From the NCBI GenBank assembly GCA_037447605.1, contig CM074806.1:2418001-2482000 (forward strand): a stretch of DNA of 64,000 nt, given 5' to 3'. The translations under genes and the position numbers were made by a program. Below, piece by piece: positions 51,684-64,000 of this stretch; within the stretch, counting starts at the first letter, position 1, and each line of letters begins with the position of its first letter. Under the pieces are notes generated by a model. It ran no database searches. It worked only from the letters and a program-made list of their open reading frames with translations, and was not told the DNA's origin. This DNA comes from Zygnema circumcarinatum SAG 698-1b (lineage: Eukaryota > Plantae > Zygnematophyceae).

Positions 51684-52922
51684 TCATTTTCCCTCACTTT
51701 CCGTAAGAAGGTCCATAGCAAATGATAATTTCGAGTGCACATGCTCGCTCTCAACAGTTTCCACATGCCGGCGCAATTTATTGAAGGAGTTGTTTAGGCG
51801 CTTTTGGAGGGCAGAATATTCAGCTCTTATGGCGGAGATTCGTTCATCAAGTTTCCTGTCAACTGAGTCATCTGCGGTTGAAGCACGTAGCGGAAATCAT
51901 TGGCAAACCAAAGCCTTTCAATTCTCTTGGCAGCTGTTTCTGAATTTCTGGCCAAAAATAAGAGAGATCCTTAGAAAAAAACCAGCACGAGGATCCTTTC
52001 CTGACAAGGGATGAACTTCGGCGAGGAGAAAGTACCTGACTGAATATCGTTATTAGTCTCAAGAATCTCCTGATCCTCTATTCCAAGTGGCCTTCGTTGC
52101 TGGATAGCGTCACGAGCGAGTCTCAGAAAGTGCTGCTTGGAGTTTTGACGGTGAAAAGCAATTTTTGCGGCAAGATGGTCGACCTCATTTTGGAGCTTGC
52201 TTGTTTCTCTCATCAAGACGGATTCATCTAAAGCTGATTGTCCTGCGCAAACCGCAACAAATCAAACAAGTAGACAGAAGGTTATCAGGCATAATGTTTA
52301 GGCTCGAAACGTTTGCAAAAATCCATGAATGCCACTACTCTAGGCGGGATGCAATAAGAGGGAATGCAGCGTTAGTTGCACGCGTACTTGGCTGAGTGAT
52401 AATATTTACTAGCTGAGATGAGCTCCAATGGAAAGCTACAGTCCTGGTTCAGCGAATGCTATTTTGGCAACTTCTTAGAGAAGCCTTCAGAAATTCTATT
52501 GTTTAGTGGTTTCGCGGTAACTCAATGCTTGAACAAGTGAGAATGTAATGACCTGTAAGTCAGAAAATCAATTTTACGACTGAAATCCAACAACAATGCG
52601 AAGCTGCACAGCGCTACTGACCTGTTCCTTCAACAGTGGGGTTGTTACGACCTGCCGTTTTCACATTCTCGTCAACCTTTCCTAAAGCCGACCTCTTCCC
52701 GCAGCCATTACCATACGATTTCTCCGCACCTACCACCAGGACGCCCGAAGCGATCTGCTTAAACAAGTGTTCCTCTATTTCTTTAAGCAATCCGTCCACT
52801 TTCTCCTTCTGAACTTCGTACTGACCCGCTTCCTGAAAATCCTTTCCAGAAACCTCTCCCCAATCGTATAACTTGCTTCTGATCAGAGCGATGGTCTCCT
52901 CCTTGACCGCAAGGGTTGCCAT
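51684..52922 (-). CDS. Coiled-coil protein, probable kinetochore NSL1/Mis14
   Basis: Three in-phase exons 52922-52622, 52242-52036, 51871-51684. Motifs FKQIASGVLVVG, LQNEVDHLAAKIAFHR, LQKRLNNSFNKLRR. Confidence 0.6.
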
Positions 52923-53312
52923 GGCGGCTGGGAGGAGGCAGACGCAGAGCGGGAGAGAGAGAGAGGGAGGGTGGGAGGGAGGCAGGGAGCGCCAACGTCC
53001 ACGAACGGTAAGAAATTCAAACTGCAGACTCGCTTCATGCGTTCCATGACTCCAGTTGCGGAATCAGTTAGCGCGTTTTATGTGACAGTTACATTTACCG
53101 TACGGTCTCCCCAAAGTCGAGCGATCGGTGATTGACTTTATCGCGAAAGTTATGCCCCTCGCCGCGCGGCACCCGCCTTCAGATTTTGAGCCGTTGGGCG
53201 TTGGCCGTGCCCGAAGCTTTCGCGGCCGCAGCCCTCTTTCTCGCCGCCGCGATTAGGGTTCGCCTTCGCCCTCCCTCCCTCCCTCCCCGCCTCCTCCAGG
53301 AGGGCGGCCACC

Positions 53313-55894
53313 ATGGTGTCCGGGTCGGGAGTCCAGGCCAAGGTGGTGGTCGTGGACGCGCGCCACCACATGCTGGGCCGGCTGTCGTCCATCATCGCCA
53401 AGGAGCTTCTTAATGGCCAGAGAGTGGTAAGCATGCGTCCTCAGCGTTTTTAGGGTTAGGGATTGATACTTTTTTTTTTCTCCTCTCTTCTCTTCTCTTG
53501 TCTGTCGCCCTCCGCCGCTTTTTTTCCTCCCGTCGCACCTCTCACCTTTTTCTGTACAACTGCACATTTGTCGATAACTCGTGTCCATCGCCTGTCCTAC
53601 CTCCTTTCCCTCCTCCGCCTACCTTTGCCTCTCCTTTTCGTTGTTTTACCCCTATTTCACCTCTGGCTGCCCGCTCCTCTCCCTGTCTCTCGCATTGCCC
53701 GCCTCCATCTCGCCCTTCTCCCCGTCCTCTCCTTTACCTTTCTCCTCGCCTTTTCTCTCCCTTCTCCTTCTCCCGTCTTTCTCTACTGTCTCCGATCCTC
53801 CCTCTCCCTCTCCGTCCTCTCTCCTGTCCCCCCTTCGTGGTAGAGCGCAATTTTCTCTCACGCATTTCTCACCCCCTTGGCAGGCATATGCGTGCTCCGT
53901 GCGGACGAATTTCTTCCAGGTGGTGGTTCGATGTGAGGAAATCTGCCTGTCAGGGTTCGCCAAAAGATGAAGTAGCTCCGATTCTTGCGAAAGCGCATGA
54001 ACACAAAGCCTAGCAAGGGGCCCATTCACTTTCGGGCACCCTCCAGAATATTGTGGAGGACCATCCGTGGGTGAGTTATTAATTTGTGAGGTGGAAGCTT
54101 GGCTTTTGAACAGTTGAGCAGAGTTCAACTCCTGCTGTAACTGGATAGGGACAGTATGCCTCTGGATTTTTTGTTTCCATGCACTCAGATTCGCCTGCTT
54201 TTGGGGATAAAAGCTTGGCGCCAATCAAGGATGTTGTACATATAAGTTGTGGAACGAAAGTTCTCTCAGCGCGGGGTTTATATTCTTTCAGGCTACATTT
54301 AGCTTCCACATACCTCATTTTTGGATACGTGATTTTAGAAGCTAAACTGCTCATTTTGTAATACATATTCTATATATTTTGAAAATGTCTAGACAAAAAC
54401 ACTTTTTCAGATGAAAGATTCCTGGTAGCAAAAGAGTCTGATATGCAACTCATTTCGCGGGTTATCAGATGGTTATCAGGGACGTGGTCGGTGTCGTGTT
54501 TCTCAATGCTTTCCCTCTCCCAATTCACCTTGTGGTCATTCCCTCACCCTCACATGCTCCCTTCCCCTCCTCCCTCTCGCACCTCGTCCACTTCCCCCCC
54601 GCTTCTCTCTTCCCCCTCTTATCTTCTCTTCGCCACTTGCCACCTTATTCCCATGAGTGCCCCTCTTTCCCTCCTACCTTCTCCCTAAAACCACCCTCCC
54701 TTCCTCCCTAAAACCTCCCTCCCTCCCTCCCTCCCTTCCTCCCTAAAACCTCCCTCCCTCCCTCCCTCCCTCCCTCCTTCCCTTCCTCCCTTCCTCCCTC
54801 CCTCCCGTCGCCCCTCCCTTTCTCACTCCCTCCCCTCCTCACTCCCTCCCCTCCCTCCCTGTAGAAAGTAGTGGAGAAGCTCAGTTGCTGAGGGGGTGGA
54901 AGTGCAGAATGATTCCCCACAAGATCAAGAGAGGCGCAGCTGCATTGTAGCGCTTGAAGGCCTTTGAGGGAATTCCCGCCGCGTACGACAAAACAAAGCG
55001 TGTTGTCGTCCCTGATGCTCTCAAGTAAGTGAAGAATGCACTGTCGATCCTAATTCTCACCTGTATTGTGTTGAACTTATCTCTTTTGGTTTATTAAATG
55101 ATACCCTGAACAACAAACTCCAGTGCCTATAACTAGGGGCACGGCATGGAATTGCTATGAGTTGATCTGTGTGTTCGGATTGTTTTGGGATTAGGGTTTT
55201 GCGCCTTCAGCCCGGCCACAAATACTGTTTGTTGGGTCGCCTTTCGCACGAAGTGGGCTGGCATCACCTGGAGACCATTAATGTAAGTAACTTTTCCTGA
55301 TTCAAAAGCATTAGCTAATCGGAAAATAGTTAGGCTTATGATGGAAAGGACAAGGTTCTAAGTTAATACGTGATATGGACTATGTGAGCACAAAACCGGA
55401 CAATATCCAAGTACGTTTAGAAGGATTTCGGTTACCCACATCCATGGACAGAGAGTTCATGAACACAGTGATAAGGTCAGGGATTAACCAAAGAGATGCG
55501 ATGATAATTCTCTGCAGGTAGAGGCTCTCGGGCTTTTGATTCGTCAAAGTCGTTTTGCAGGTTGTCTTGTATGAGCTACTCATAATGGGCTGTTGTCTCT
55601 TCCCCTCCGTCGTTCGTTTCCTCGCCGCTTTTCTCCCGTCTCTCTTCTTGAGATCACTGATGATCACTGATGGGGTCTGTGGATCTGTTACGATGGGTGC
55701 AGGAGCTGGAGGCGAAGCGGAAGGAACTGTCGGCCGAGTTGTACAAGAAGAAGAAGAAGATGAAGAAGAAGAAGAAGAAGAAGACGAAGGCGGCTTTGCA
55801 GAGGCGGGTGAAGGCAACAGTGGGTGCCCCCGAGAAGGTGGCGGAGGAGCACAAGGCCGTGCTGGAGGCGTTGTCCTCCAAGGCGTCGGAGTAG
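53313..55894 (+). pseudogene. RPL13A: 60S ribosomal protein L13a (uL13) unprocessed pseudogene
   Basis: [47 protein letters not shown]. Frameshifting deletion near 53953 and in-frame TAG at 53973 and 54948. Four introns retained. Confidence 0.9.
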
Positions 55895-56802
55895 AGCACT
55901 CGGCGCTGCAAGAGCGACACCTTTCTATCTTGCCACTGTGCGGAAGGAAGCCTGTTTTGGAGCAGAATTGAAGGGAGTCGTCGTTGAAAGAGAAGCTGTG
56001 TCCTTCTTTTCCAATCGAACGGAGATTGTCTATCGTGTGCAACTGTGAGGCTTGTCTGTGGGGAAGTGTGTGCAGACCATGCATATGCGGTACCCTAATG
56101 GCTATGCGACCACTCAGCTTTGGGTGAGGGTGCAGGGGATCGGTGGGCACCAGTCTTGTGGTGATTCACTTCCTGAGGGGGCCATCATAGGTGACTGATT
56201 GATAAGTCCAACACTGTGGCCACACGAAGGTACATGTCACTCCTCTCTTGTTCAATCTCTTGAGGGTATGGATCTGAGTTGTCGTTCTAAGTTACGTAAG
56301 CTAAAATATCCAGCATGGAAACGACAGGCTATTTAACGTTAACTGGTAACTAGCATAGATCGCCGTTGCCCTAAGCCGTACGACTCTGTCACGTCACAAG
56401 AGTGGCTTGAAACTACGATACGATATGTCCAAGGCGGTACGGTATATCGCGTGAACCATCTGGAAAAAGCGACTACCGCTCCCCCGCATCCTGTGGAAGT
56501 CCAAAACCGAAGACCGATACGAAACCGAAATATCGCGGCATTCAGTTTGGCGTGCGCCAAACGGGGACGGTTTCTGCAGCGCGTATCGTATCGTATCGTA
56601 TTGCGGCGAAAGGCGAATCCATGTTGTTGTCGCGCCAAGCCATGGATGGATGGATGGATGGATGGATGGATGGCTCTCGCTCTGGCTGTTGGTGTTGTTG
56701 TTGGTAAGAAGCTAGAGAGCTAGGCGTGGCCGTTTCTTAGCGAAAAAAGGAAGGTCTGCCAAGTCTGACCTCCCCTATTGCTGTATTATGTGTATTATGT
56801 AT

Positions 56803-56991
56803 TAGGGGGGGTCAGACATTGACCATGGCCGTACTAAATTAATATAGTATACTGAAAGTCAAAGTTTCGCTTATGAATTCCGGGTCGGGATCCGCGGCTC
56901 CACCGTATCCAGCCACATCAAAACCAATGCTTAATTCCCTCGACAGGCTTACTAAATTGATTTGGCCATGGTGAATGTCTGACCCGCCCTA
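56803..56991. mobile_element. Small TIR element (TAGGG..CCCTA, hAT-like MITE)
   Basis: TAGGGGGGGTCAGACATTGACCATGGCC vs GGCCATGGTGAATGTCTGACCCGCCCTA. TSD unclear. Confidence 0.5.
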
Positions 56992-57982
56992 TTGTTGTAC
57001 TATGTATTGTATTGTATTCAAAGCGCTGCGTTTGTTTCTTGATGGGCGGTTCGTCAACTGGTCGGTCGCCCAACGGAAGAAATGATGAAGAAGGAGAAGA
57101 AGACGAAGAAGAAGAAGCCCGTCACTTTGAAATCATCAATCCTGCTAGCTAGAGTGACACCTACCAATAACACTGTCGCGTAGCGGAACTGAAAGGAGAG
57201 AGCGAAACGTAGCATCGTCACAGCGCGCCATGTGGACCTAAAAGCCACCACGTGGCATAAAGTCGTTCCAGGAGGGCGGGGTTGGCGCACGCTGATTGGC
57301 CAATCTCAGGGCTTCTTTAAAGACATTTTGTCGTTAGCGAAAGCGCCCTTGGAGTGTATCTGGACTATGTCCGGTACCAACAAACATAGTTGAAAGCTTT
57401 ATAGAATACGTAATATGCACATAGTTGTTCGGATAATTAACGTCATGTGCAAAGTACTGGTTCGTAAACATACTCATTGCCGTCCCTCGTTTTGACAAGG
57501 ATAAGGGCACCTCGCGAGGCATTTGGCGGAGGCCGAGGACGCGAAACATCGTCAGATCAGAAAATTCGACGGCAGGCAGCGGGCAGGCGGGCAGTGATCG
57601 AAATATTTGCAGCGGGTAGCCAGCGGTGAACGCATCGAAGCCGTCCGTCAAGCGATGCGGAGCGTCCGTACAGCAATGTTTTGCGAATGGGAACATTTTG
57701 AGCTGCCCGAACTTGGCGGACGAAACGAAACGGCTCAAAAGCTGCGCACGTTTTGATGCCCTCGCGAGGGAGCCCTCCGACCGTACGGAGCGCGGGCTGC
57801 TGACATGGCGCCGAAAAGCGATCTCGGCCGCGCGCTGCGTCCGACGAGACAATAGTGACCGCTGCAATGTCGCCACGTGGCGAGAGATCCATTGCGATTC
57901 AGCGCGAGTGAGGGTCGGTTTCCATCAGCCCGTTTCGTAACGAGCTCATTACGATCCACGTAGGACGCCGTTTTGCAGATTA

Positions 57983-58417
57983 GGGTCAGTTTCCATCAGC
58001 CCGTTATTCTGACGTGGCGTCGTAATGGACGACGACCATTGGTTCCATCAGGCCGTTTCCACCAACGTGGCGCCGACGTGGCTGCCACGTGGTAACCAGG
58101 CACCGTTCCCCAGGACGGTCCGAAGGAGGGGGTGTAACGCCATTACGACCATTCGCGTGCCGCCACGTGGCTACCAAAGATACGCCAGCGTGCGACTGCC
58201 ACGTTGGCTGGAAGCCTCCTTCAAACCCTAAAAAACTGTCGGCAGCGACGCGCGTACGGTAACCGCAGTGGGCCACGGCGGACGCTGCAAATCGTGCACG
58301 TGGCGATCGCTGATTGGAAAACGGCGTTTTGATGGAACTCGTCTTTTAATCTGCAAAACGGCGTCCTACGTGGACCGTAATGAGCTCGTTACGAAACGGG
58401 CTGATGGAGAATGGCCC
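57983..58417 (-). mobile_element. Harbinger-derived MITE nested in its own parent
   Basis: TTA TSD (57980-57982, 58418-58420). Made of inverted copies of both parent ends. Confidence 0.85.
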
Positions 58418-58922
58418 TTAGACGACGAGTTCCATCAAAACGCCGTTTTCCAATCAGCGATCGCCACGTGCACGATTTGAAGCGTCCGCCGTGGCCCACC
58501 GCGGTTACCGTACGCGCGTCACCGTCGACAATTTTTTAGGGTTTGCAGGAGGCGACGGACGCCGCCACTGCAGCCGTCACGTCCCCCCTCCCATCTCTTC
58601 CTACCTTTCGCGGCAACGCCATTCGCGGCGTTTGCCTCGCAATTCCACGGGCGGAGGCTTCCGTTCCCATTCTGCGTCGTCTTCTCCCAGGTTTGGTAGT
58701 ACTAGCAACACTCTCTGGCAACAGTATGGATCGAAGAGCCCTCCTTTTGATGTTTTTTGGGCTCTTGAACATGCTGGTCAATGAAGAAGCAAATGCAATA
58801 ATGTTAAATATATTATTACTTAAGTATTTCTACAAAGGAGGAGCTCACGCAAGCGGCAGTCACTTATTCATTTTAGAAAGTATTTATGGAATGTCTGTCG
58901 CAGACATATTAGTATACGTACC

Positions 58923-59585
58923 GTGAGAATGTACTACATTCTATATCGGTCTACACATTTTTCATTGTTTTTGATCGAGGACATAACAAGTGAGCAATAT
59001 ATAGAAAAGTTTAGACTTTCCAAGGGGCTTGTCTCTATGTTGACTGATGAGTTGGGTGAACAGTTAAAAACAAATCCTCCTGCAGCTTTCCTTACCATTC
59101 CAAACCGTCGCCTTGAAATACGTATGCAGATAGAGATGTCTTTATATAGGTTAGCCCAAGGAGTACGTTCACCTGTTGTCGGTGCAGTTTTTGGAGTAAG
59201 TGCTTTGACTGTCTGGCGAAAGCACTTAGCCTTCTGCAAGGCTGTAAGATCTATTTTAACTCAATATATGGGTTGGCCAAGTGCGGAACAGTTTGAGAAT
59301 GTGTCACGACAATTTGAAGAACATACGGGGTTTATAAATTGTTATGGAGCCATTGATGCAACTCATATAAACATTACTTTAGGTCCAGGCTTATGCAATA
59401 AGGATTGGTACAATAAAAACCACAATTATAGCATGGTTATGCAAACTGTGGTGGCTCTTGATACCCGCATATTAGATGTTCAGGTCGGATGGCCAGGATC
59501 GGTTTATGATGCTCGAGTGTTTGTAAACTCAGGAATTGGCAAAGCAATCACATTCAGGGGAGGCTTGGAAGGAAACTGCTGGTAA
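58923..59585 (+). pseudogene. Harbinger DDE transposase, C-terminally truncated
   Basis: FRLSK, LYRLAQG, WPS, GAIDATHI, GWPGSVYDARVF. The GD-GY and VE-F motifs are missing. Confidence 0.85.
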
Positions 59586-59852
59586 ATCAAACTCTTTACG
59601 CTCACTTCCACTTAGTAACCAATAATTTGACCTCCCACTCGGGATTTGCTTCTCATAACTTAAAACCCTTTTAAATCCACGTAATAAGTTATCCCACTTA
59701 TTTGCACATTGACTTGCAGTATACTTGATTCCTTCTTCCTCCAAGCGCTCCGAAACGGAAATCCAGATAGAGCTTACTGTTGTTGGCCGTTGCCAATTTG
59801 ACTCACCTGTCGTTGGTACAACAGCATCTGTTGCTGCTTTCACCTCTATCAA
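59529..59852 (-). pseudogene. Harbinger Myb/SANT (trihelix-like) DNA-binding protein fragment
   Basis: WISVSERLEEEGIKYTASQCANKWDNLLRGFKRV..YWLLSGSERKEFDLP. Confidence 0.8.
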
Positions 59853-61461
59853 AAGTAACGTTTCTTGTTCAGTTTATGTGATTTTGGATGGACTCTTCTC
59901 CACATTAGGCGACGCGATTGGCTCCGTTGTCTTCTTTCGCCTTCGTATAGGTGAGGAGGAAAAAGCAATGCCTTCTTCTGCAGCAGCCCTTTTCTGAACT
60001 CTTTGACTAACAGATGGGTTGTTGTAAATGACAACAGGCAGTTGTGATTAGGCCAGCGACACTATAGATGTTTCAGGGGTATAATAAGGAAATGAAGGAA
60101 AACCACCCCATTGCCAAGGCCATTGATCCCCCATTTTTACACGCGGCAATTGTAAAGAAGAGTGAGGATTGCAGGGTTGAAGGATCATCAGCAATGGCTG
60201 CCCTCACTTTGTTGCGACCTGCGACCACGACCGGCGGTCACCGAGCGTTGACGGCTTCCAACCAATGTAGCAGTCGCATGTTGGCGTATCTTTGGTAGCC
60301 ACGTGGCGGCACGCAAATGGTCGAATGGCGTTACACCCCCTTCTTCGGACCGTTCTGGGGAACAGTGCCTCGTTACCACGTGGCAGCCATGTCGGCGCCA
60401 CGTTGGTGGAAATGACCTCATGGAACCCATGGGTCGTCGTCCATTACGACGCCACGTTGGAATAATGTACTGATAGAAACCGACCCTGAGTGGGCGGCAG
60501 TTGGAGAGGGAGAGAGCGAGGGAGAGGGAATGGGAGAGGGAGAGGGGCAAGGAGGGCGAGAGAGAGAGCGAGACGCGGCCTTGAGCGCAAAGTGAGAAAG
60601 ATGGGGTTGGTCGTTTCTCCGACGGGGCGGAGGGGCTTATTGGCGGCCATGGCTAAAAGCGTCGCGCTGTTGTTGTAGGAGGCAGGCGGCTTCATCGCAT
60701 TCTTTGCCGATGTCGCGCTGCCGCAATTGCTCGGAGGTAGCGTTGTTCCGAGATTAAGAGATGTGAGAGTGGAGACTGATCGAATGACCGAATCGGTAGA
60801 GGAAGAGGGTGAGAGGGAGGGAGAGGGAGAGGTGGAAGGAGTGGGAGAGGAAGAGGTAGAGGAAGAGGGAGAGGAGTAAGAGGTAGAGGAGGATGGAGAG
60901 AAAGAGAGAGAATTAGAGGGATCAGAAGAGGAAGAGGTAGAGGATGAGGGAGAGGATGAGGGAGAGGGATTGGGAGAGAGGGAGGGATTAGGAGAGATAA
61001 GAGAGAGGGAGGGAGGGATTAGGGTATAGGTTCGTTCTATACACTTTGAGGTTCAATACAATGTATAATACAATATTAATACAGCATTACACTATAAAAC
61101 CCAAACGCAACTGTTAATATTTGTACAACCAGACATAAAGTCGTACGGGATTTTTGTACAGGATGTACGGAATTGTACCGGCCACACGTGTCAGTGTGGC
61201 CCGTTACACGTGTTGAGGTGTTAGTTGGCCTATAATCAATCTTCGTTCAATTGGCGAGAAATCAAAAGAAAATACGTTAAATACATATAAAATACACTAT
61301 ACTTTAAAAAATCGTATAATACGCACATATTATATGGCGTATTATATACGTGTTCGATATATATGGACTTATAGATTAGGGACGGATTGGGATTATTAGA
61401 GGCAGGTTGAGAGAGAGACGAATGGGAGTGCATAGGAAAAGATTTGTAACAAATTCGCCTT

Positions 61462-61880
61462 TAGTAGGGTTCGAAAATAGGATCTCTTGTACCCACTTAA
61501 GTGTTTTACCATTAAAAGGCAACCGCGGATGTAAATATTAAGCCGTACAATACATGCATAGCGTTTCGCTATATTCTTCCCTACTTAAACTGGGCTTGTC
61601 TTTGAGCGTACTCAAGGGTTTTCACGAGCAACGTTTAAGCTCTTTCAATAAATGACTCAGACAGTTCAAACCCTTTGGTCAACTATACCATGCACGAAGA
61701 TCACGGTGTTTTTAGGGTGGATCACAAATATTGGTCCTTACTCTGATATTAATGTAATAAACTCACCTCTAGCAGGGTTTAAACACAAGACCTCTTGTTA
61801 CTTACCTAAGTGTTTTACCATTAAAAGGTAATCGCGGATATAATAATTAGGCCGTATAACATATGTATAGCGTTTCGTTA
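61462..61880. repeat. Diverged ~110-bp direct repeat pair (about 61462-61571 and 61769-61880)
   Basis: Shared TAAGTGTTTTACCATTAAAAGG-AA-CGCGGAT and ATAGCGTTTCG-TA. Confidence 0.75.
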
Positions 61881-62107
61881 CAAGATTTGTTTGTGTGATG
61901 CACGGGCGTGCCTCGACAAGGTCTATTCCTGCATCTTTGGGGAGCCAATATTAGGGATACGGAGATTCTGTTAGCGGAGGGAGAGATTCTGTTGGCAGAG
62001 GGGCGATTTTGTTTGGGGGCCTCTACTTTGCTGTTTTTGGAGAAGGCCGAGAGGAGCCTTCCTCCCTTTTCTTTCCCCAATTTGAGTTCTTTCAGCTTTT
62101 GGAGTGA

Positions 62108-62850
62108 TTTGACTTCCTCTACAAGTTGGGTGAAGGAGGCTTTGGGATGGTGTGGACGTGTTGTGATTATGTGACATTTGTGATTATGTGACATTTGTGA
62201 TTATGTGACATCGGAGTTGGTCGCATGCAAATGCATGGCAAAAGCGACCTTGCAATGCATTGCGGATGTGGAGGCATTGGAGGTAGAGGCGCTCGCTATG
62301 TGGCGCCTCCAAGACAATCCTCTCTTTGTCAAACTAAGGCAAGTTTTCCAAGTGATGGAGTTATGTGAGGGGGGGTCTTTATTCGACAAAGTCAACAAAT
62401 GTGGAGGATATTTTCTTGAATGGAAAACAATATTCAAACAAATTTGCAAAGGCATGGCAGAAATGCATTCGAGGAATCTCTTATATAGAGATTTGAAACT
62501 CGAAAATGTCTTAGTGAAGGAAAATAGGGAAGGGATACGATCAATTAAGATTGCGGATTTTGGATTGAGGGAAATGTATGGAAGTGTTTGCGGGACATAT
62601 TTATATATGGTGCCCGAGGTCATGAAAGACGAGGCATATAGAATGCCTGCGGACGTTTGGTCCGCGGGCATCCTCTTATATCGGATGTTAGGGGGCGACT
62701 TGCCCTCCCAAGATAGGCCGCCCTTTTGCAAACCGCAGTGGGAAAATGTATCAACACGCAAAGTTTTTAGTTTTTTGAATGTTGTTGACCAAGGAGAATA
62801 GACCAACATTCCAAAGTATTTTAAATGATCGTTGGTTTAATGCTTGGTTG
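62108..62850 (+). pseudogene. Intronless CAMK/CDPK-type Ser/Thr kinase pseudogene
   Basis: LGEGGFGMVW, VACK, VMELCEGGSLFD, YRDLKLENVL, KIADFGL, CGTYLYMVPEV, ADVWSAG. Frameshifts and stops present. Confidence 0.85.
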
Positions 62851-64000
62851 AGAGAGGAGGAAACGAGTGCTTGGTGGGAGGAGAAGACGAAGAGAGTGAA
62901 GAGGCGACAAAAATGCATTGCGCGGAGGCGATAGGAGTAGCGGGAAAGAAACAAACGGGATTCGATGATTTAGTCATGAAGAGTGCAAAAAAGCGGTTGA
63001 AAGGAGGAAAAAGAGGCGAAAGGGAAAAGAGGCGAGGTAGAGAGCGAGAGAATATGAGTGAATGGAAGGGAGAGAGAGAAGTGGCGAGTTAGCCAAGTGG
63101 AGATAAAAAGAGAAGAAAATTGGAATGGAAGGAGCAAAGAGAGGGAAAGAGAGAGAGGACGGATGAGGACGAAGAGGGAAAGAGGGAAAAGGGAGTATGA
63201 GTATGCTCTACGGCCAGAGACGGAGTACGGATTTTTTTTCTATTTCTTCTACTTCGTCTTCTTTTTTGTCTTCTTGTGGAAGAGTGTGTTGGAATGGGTA
63301 GAGGAGGCTTTCGCCATGCTTGTGTTTGCTGTCGCGCCAAGGAAGGAAAGGTTGAAGGAGAAGGGGCAAAGAGGTGGGGCAAGTCTAATCTCAGTACTTT
63401 AAAGTTAAAGTGTTTTCAATCTGCCGCTTCCAATTTTGGGAAGAAGGCGATCAATGATGTTTCAAAAATAGTGGTTAATAGTAGTGTAAATAGATCACAT
63501 TGCGTCTTTTTTATTCATTTGAACTTTGTTGTTCCATTCGGCGAGGAAAGAAAAAGGCTGTGAAAGGCAGCCGGCTGCTTGAAGTCACCATCCCCAACAT
63601 GGGAAGAAAATGCTAAAATTTGGCATTAAAAATTTAAATGGCTCATTTCTGATGAAGGCTTAGCTTCCGTTTTTCTAAGCTCGAACATCAGTTTGTTGTA
63701 GATGATAGATTTGATCTTTTTTTTTTTTTAATTTTTTTTTAAAGGGATGTGAATACTGCAAATTGGCATTTGTCTCACGATGGCAACATGCCATCAATTG
63801 AGCGGAGAAAAAGACAATGTGGAAAAACCAAAAGATGAGGGTTGGGGCTAAGAGCTCAGAAAGTTAGGCTTTTATTTTTTTAAACTTCCATAGCTTTTGG
63901 CAGTCATTTTATTTTCAGCAAAACTACAGGCTCTAAAATTTCTGATAAGAGTTTTTTTCAGCTGTATGTGATCTTTTGAAAATGCAAATATTGCGATGCG

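Larger units (their letters stand above)
57912..60486 (+). mobile_element. PIF/Harbinger transposon, internally deleted
   Basis: TIR GGGTCGGTTTC..GAAACCGACCC, TSD TGA, convergent nuclease and Myb ORFs. Confidence 0.9.

Noticed and set aside
53973-54950. TAG codon reassignment in RPL13a
   Set aside because: The two TAGs replace different residues, a frameshift co-occurs, and other genes here terminate at TAG.
54070-55700. Intronic box C/D snoRNAs as in vertebrate RPL13A
   Set aside because: No convincing C/D pair with a terminal stem and suitable length.
57983-60486. 235-bp TIRs for the Harbinger element
   Set aside because: Explained by the nested MITE. The true TIR is short.
61462-61880. 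Hammerhead ribozyme or Penelope pLTR
   Set aside because: CGAAAC is present on the minus strand but there is no CTGAnGA core.

Overview
Eukaryotic nuclear DNA with spliceosomal introns. Gene content and telo-boxes suggest a streptophyte alga or early-diverging plant (inference). Family assignments come from recalled motifs, not searches. Host genes: CstF-50 (minus, cut by the window start), a degenerate GT4 glycosyltransferase, a glyoxalase-I-like VOC protein, LIR1, EBP2, plastid transaldolase, a MYND-finger protein with a duplicated Cys-rich domain, a probable NSL1/Mis14, an intron-retaining RPL13a pseudogene and an intronless CAMK-type kinase pseudogene. A nested transposon cluster (about 9.7-24.1 kb) holds a 5'-truncated CRE-like RT+REL retroelement, a Ty3/Gypsy element and Mutator-like foldbacks. 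Further on are a second Gypsy copy, a Tc1/mariner-like MITE and a PIF/Harbinger element carrying its own MITE. The most unusual observations are the CRE-like family with a poly(T) tail inside its target-site duplication (TSD) and a VADD RT motif, the repeated Cys domain of the MYND protein, and the probable pseudo-glycosyltransferase. Three N-gaps and patchy indels in the Gypsy interiors suggest locally poor assembly.
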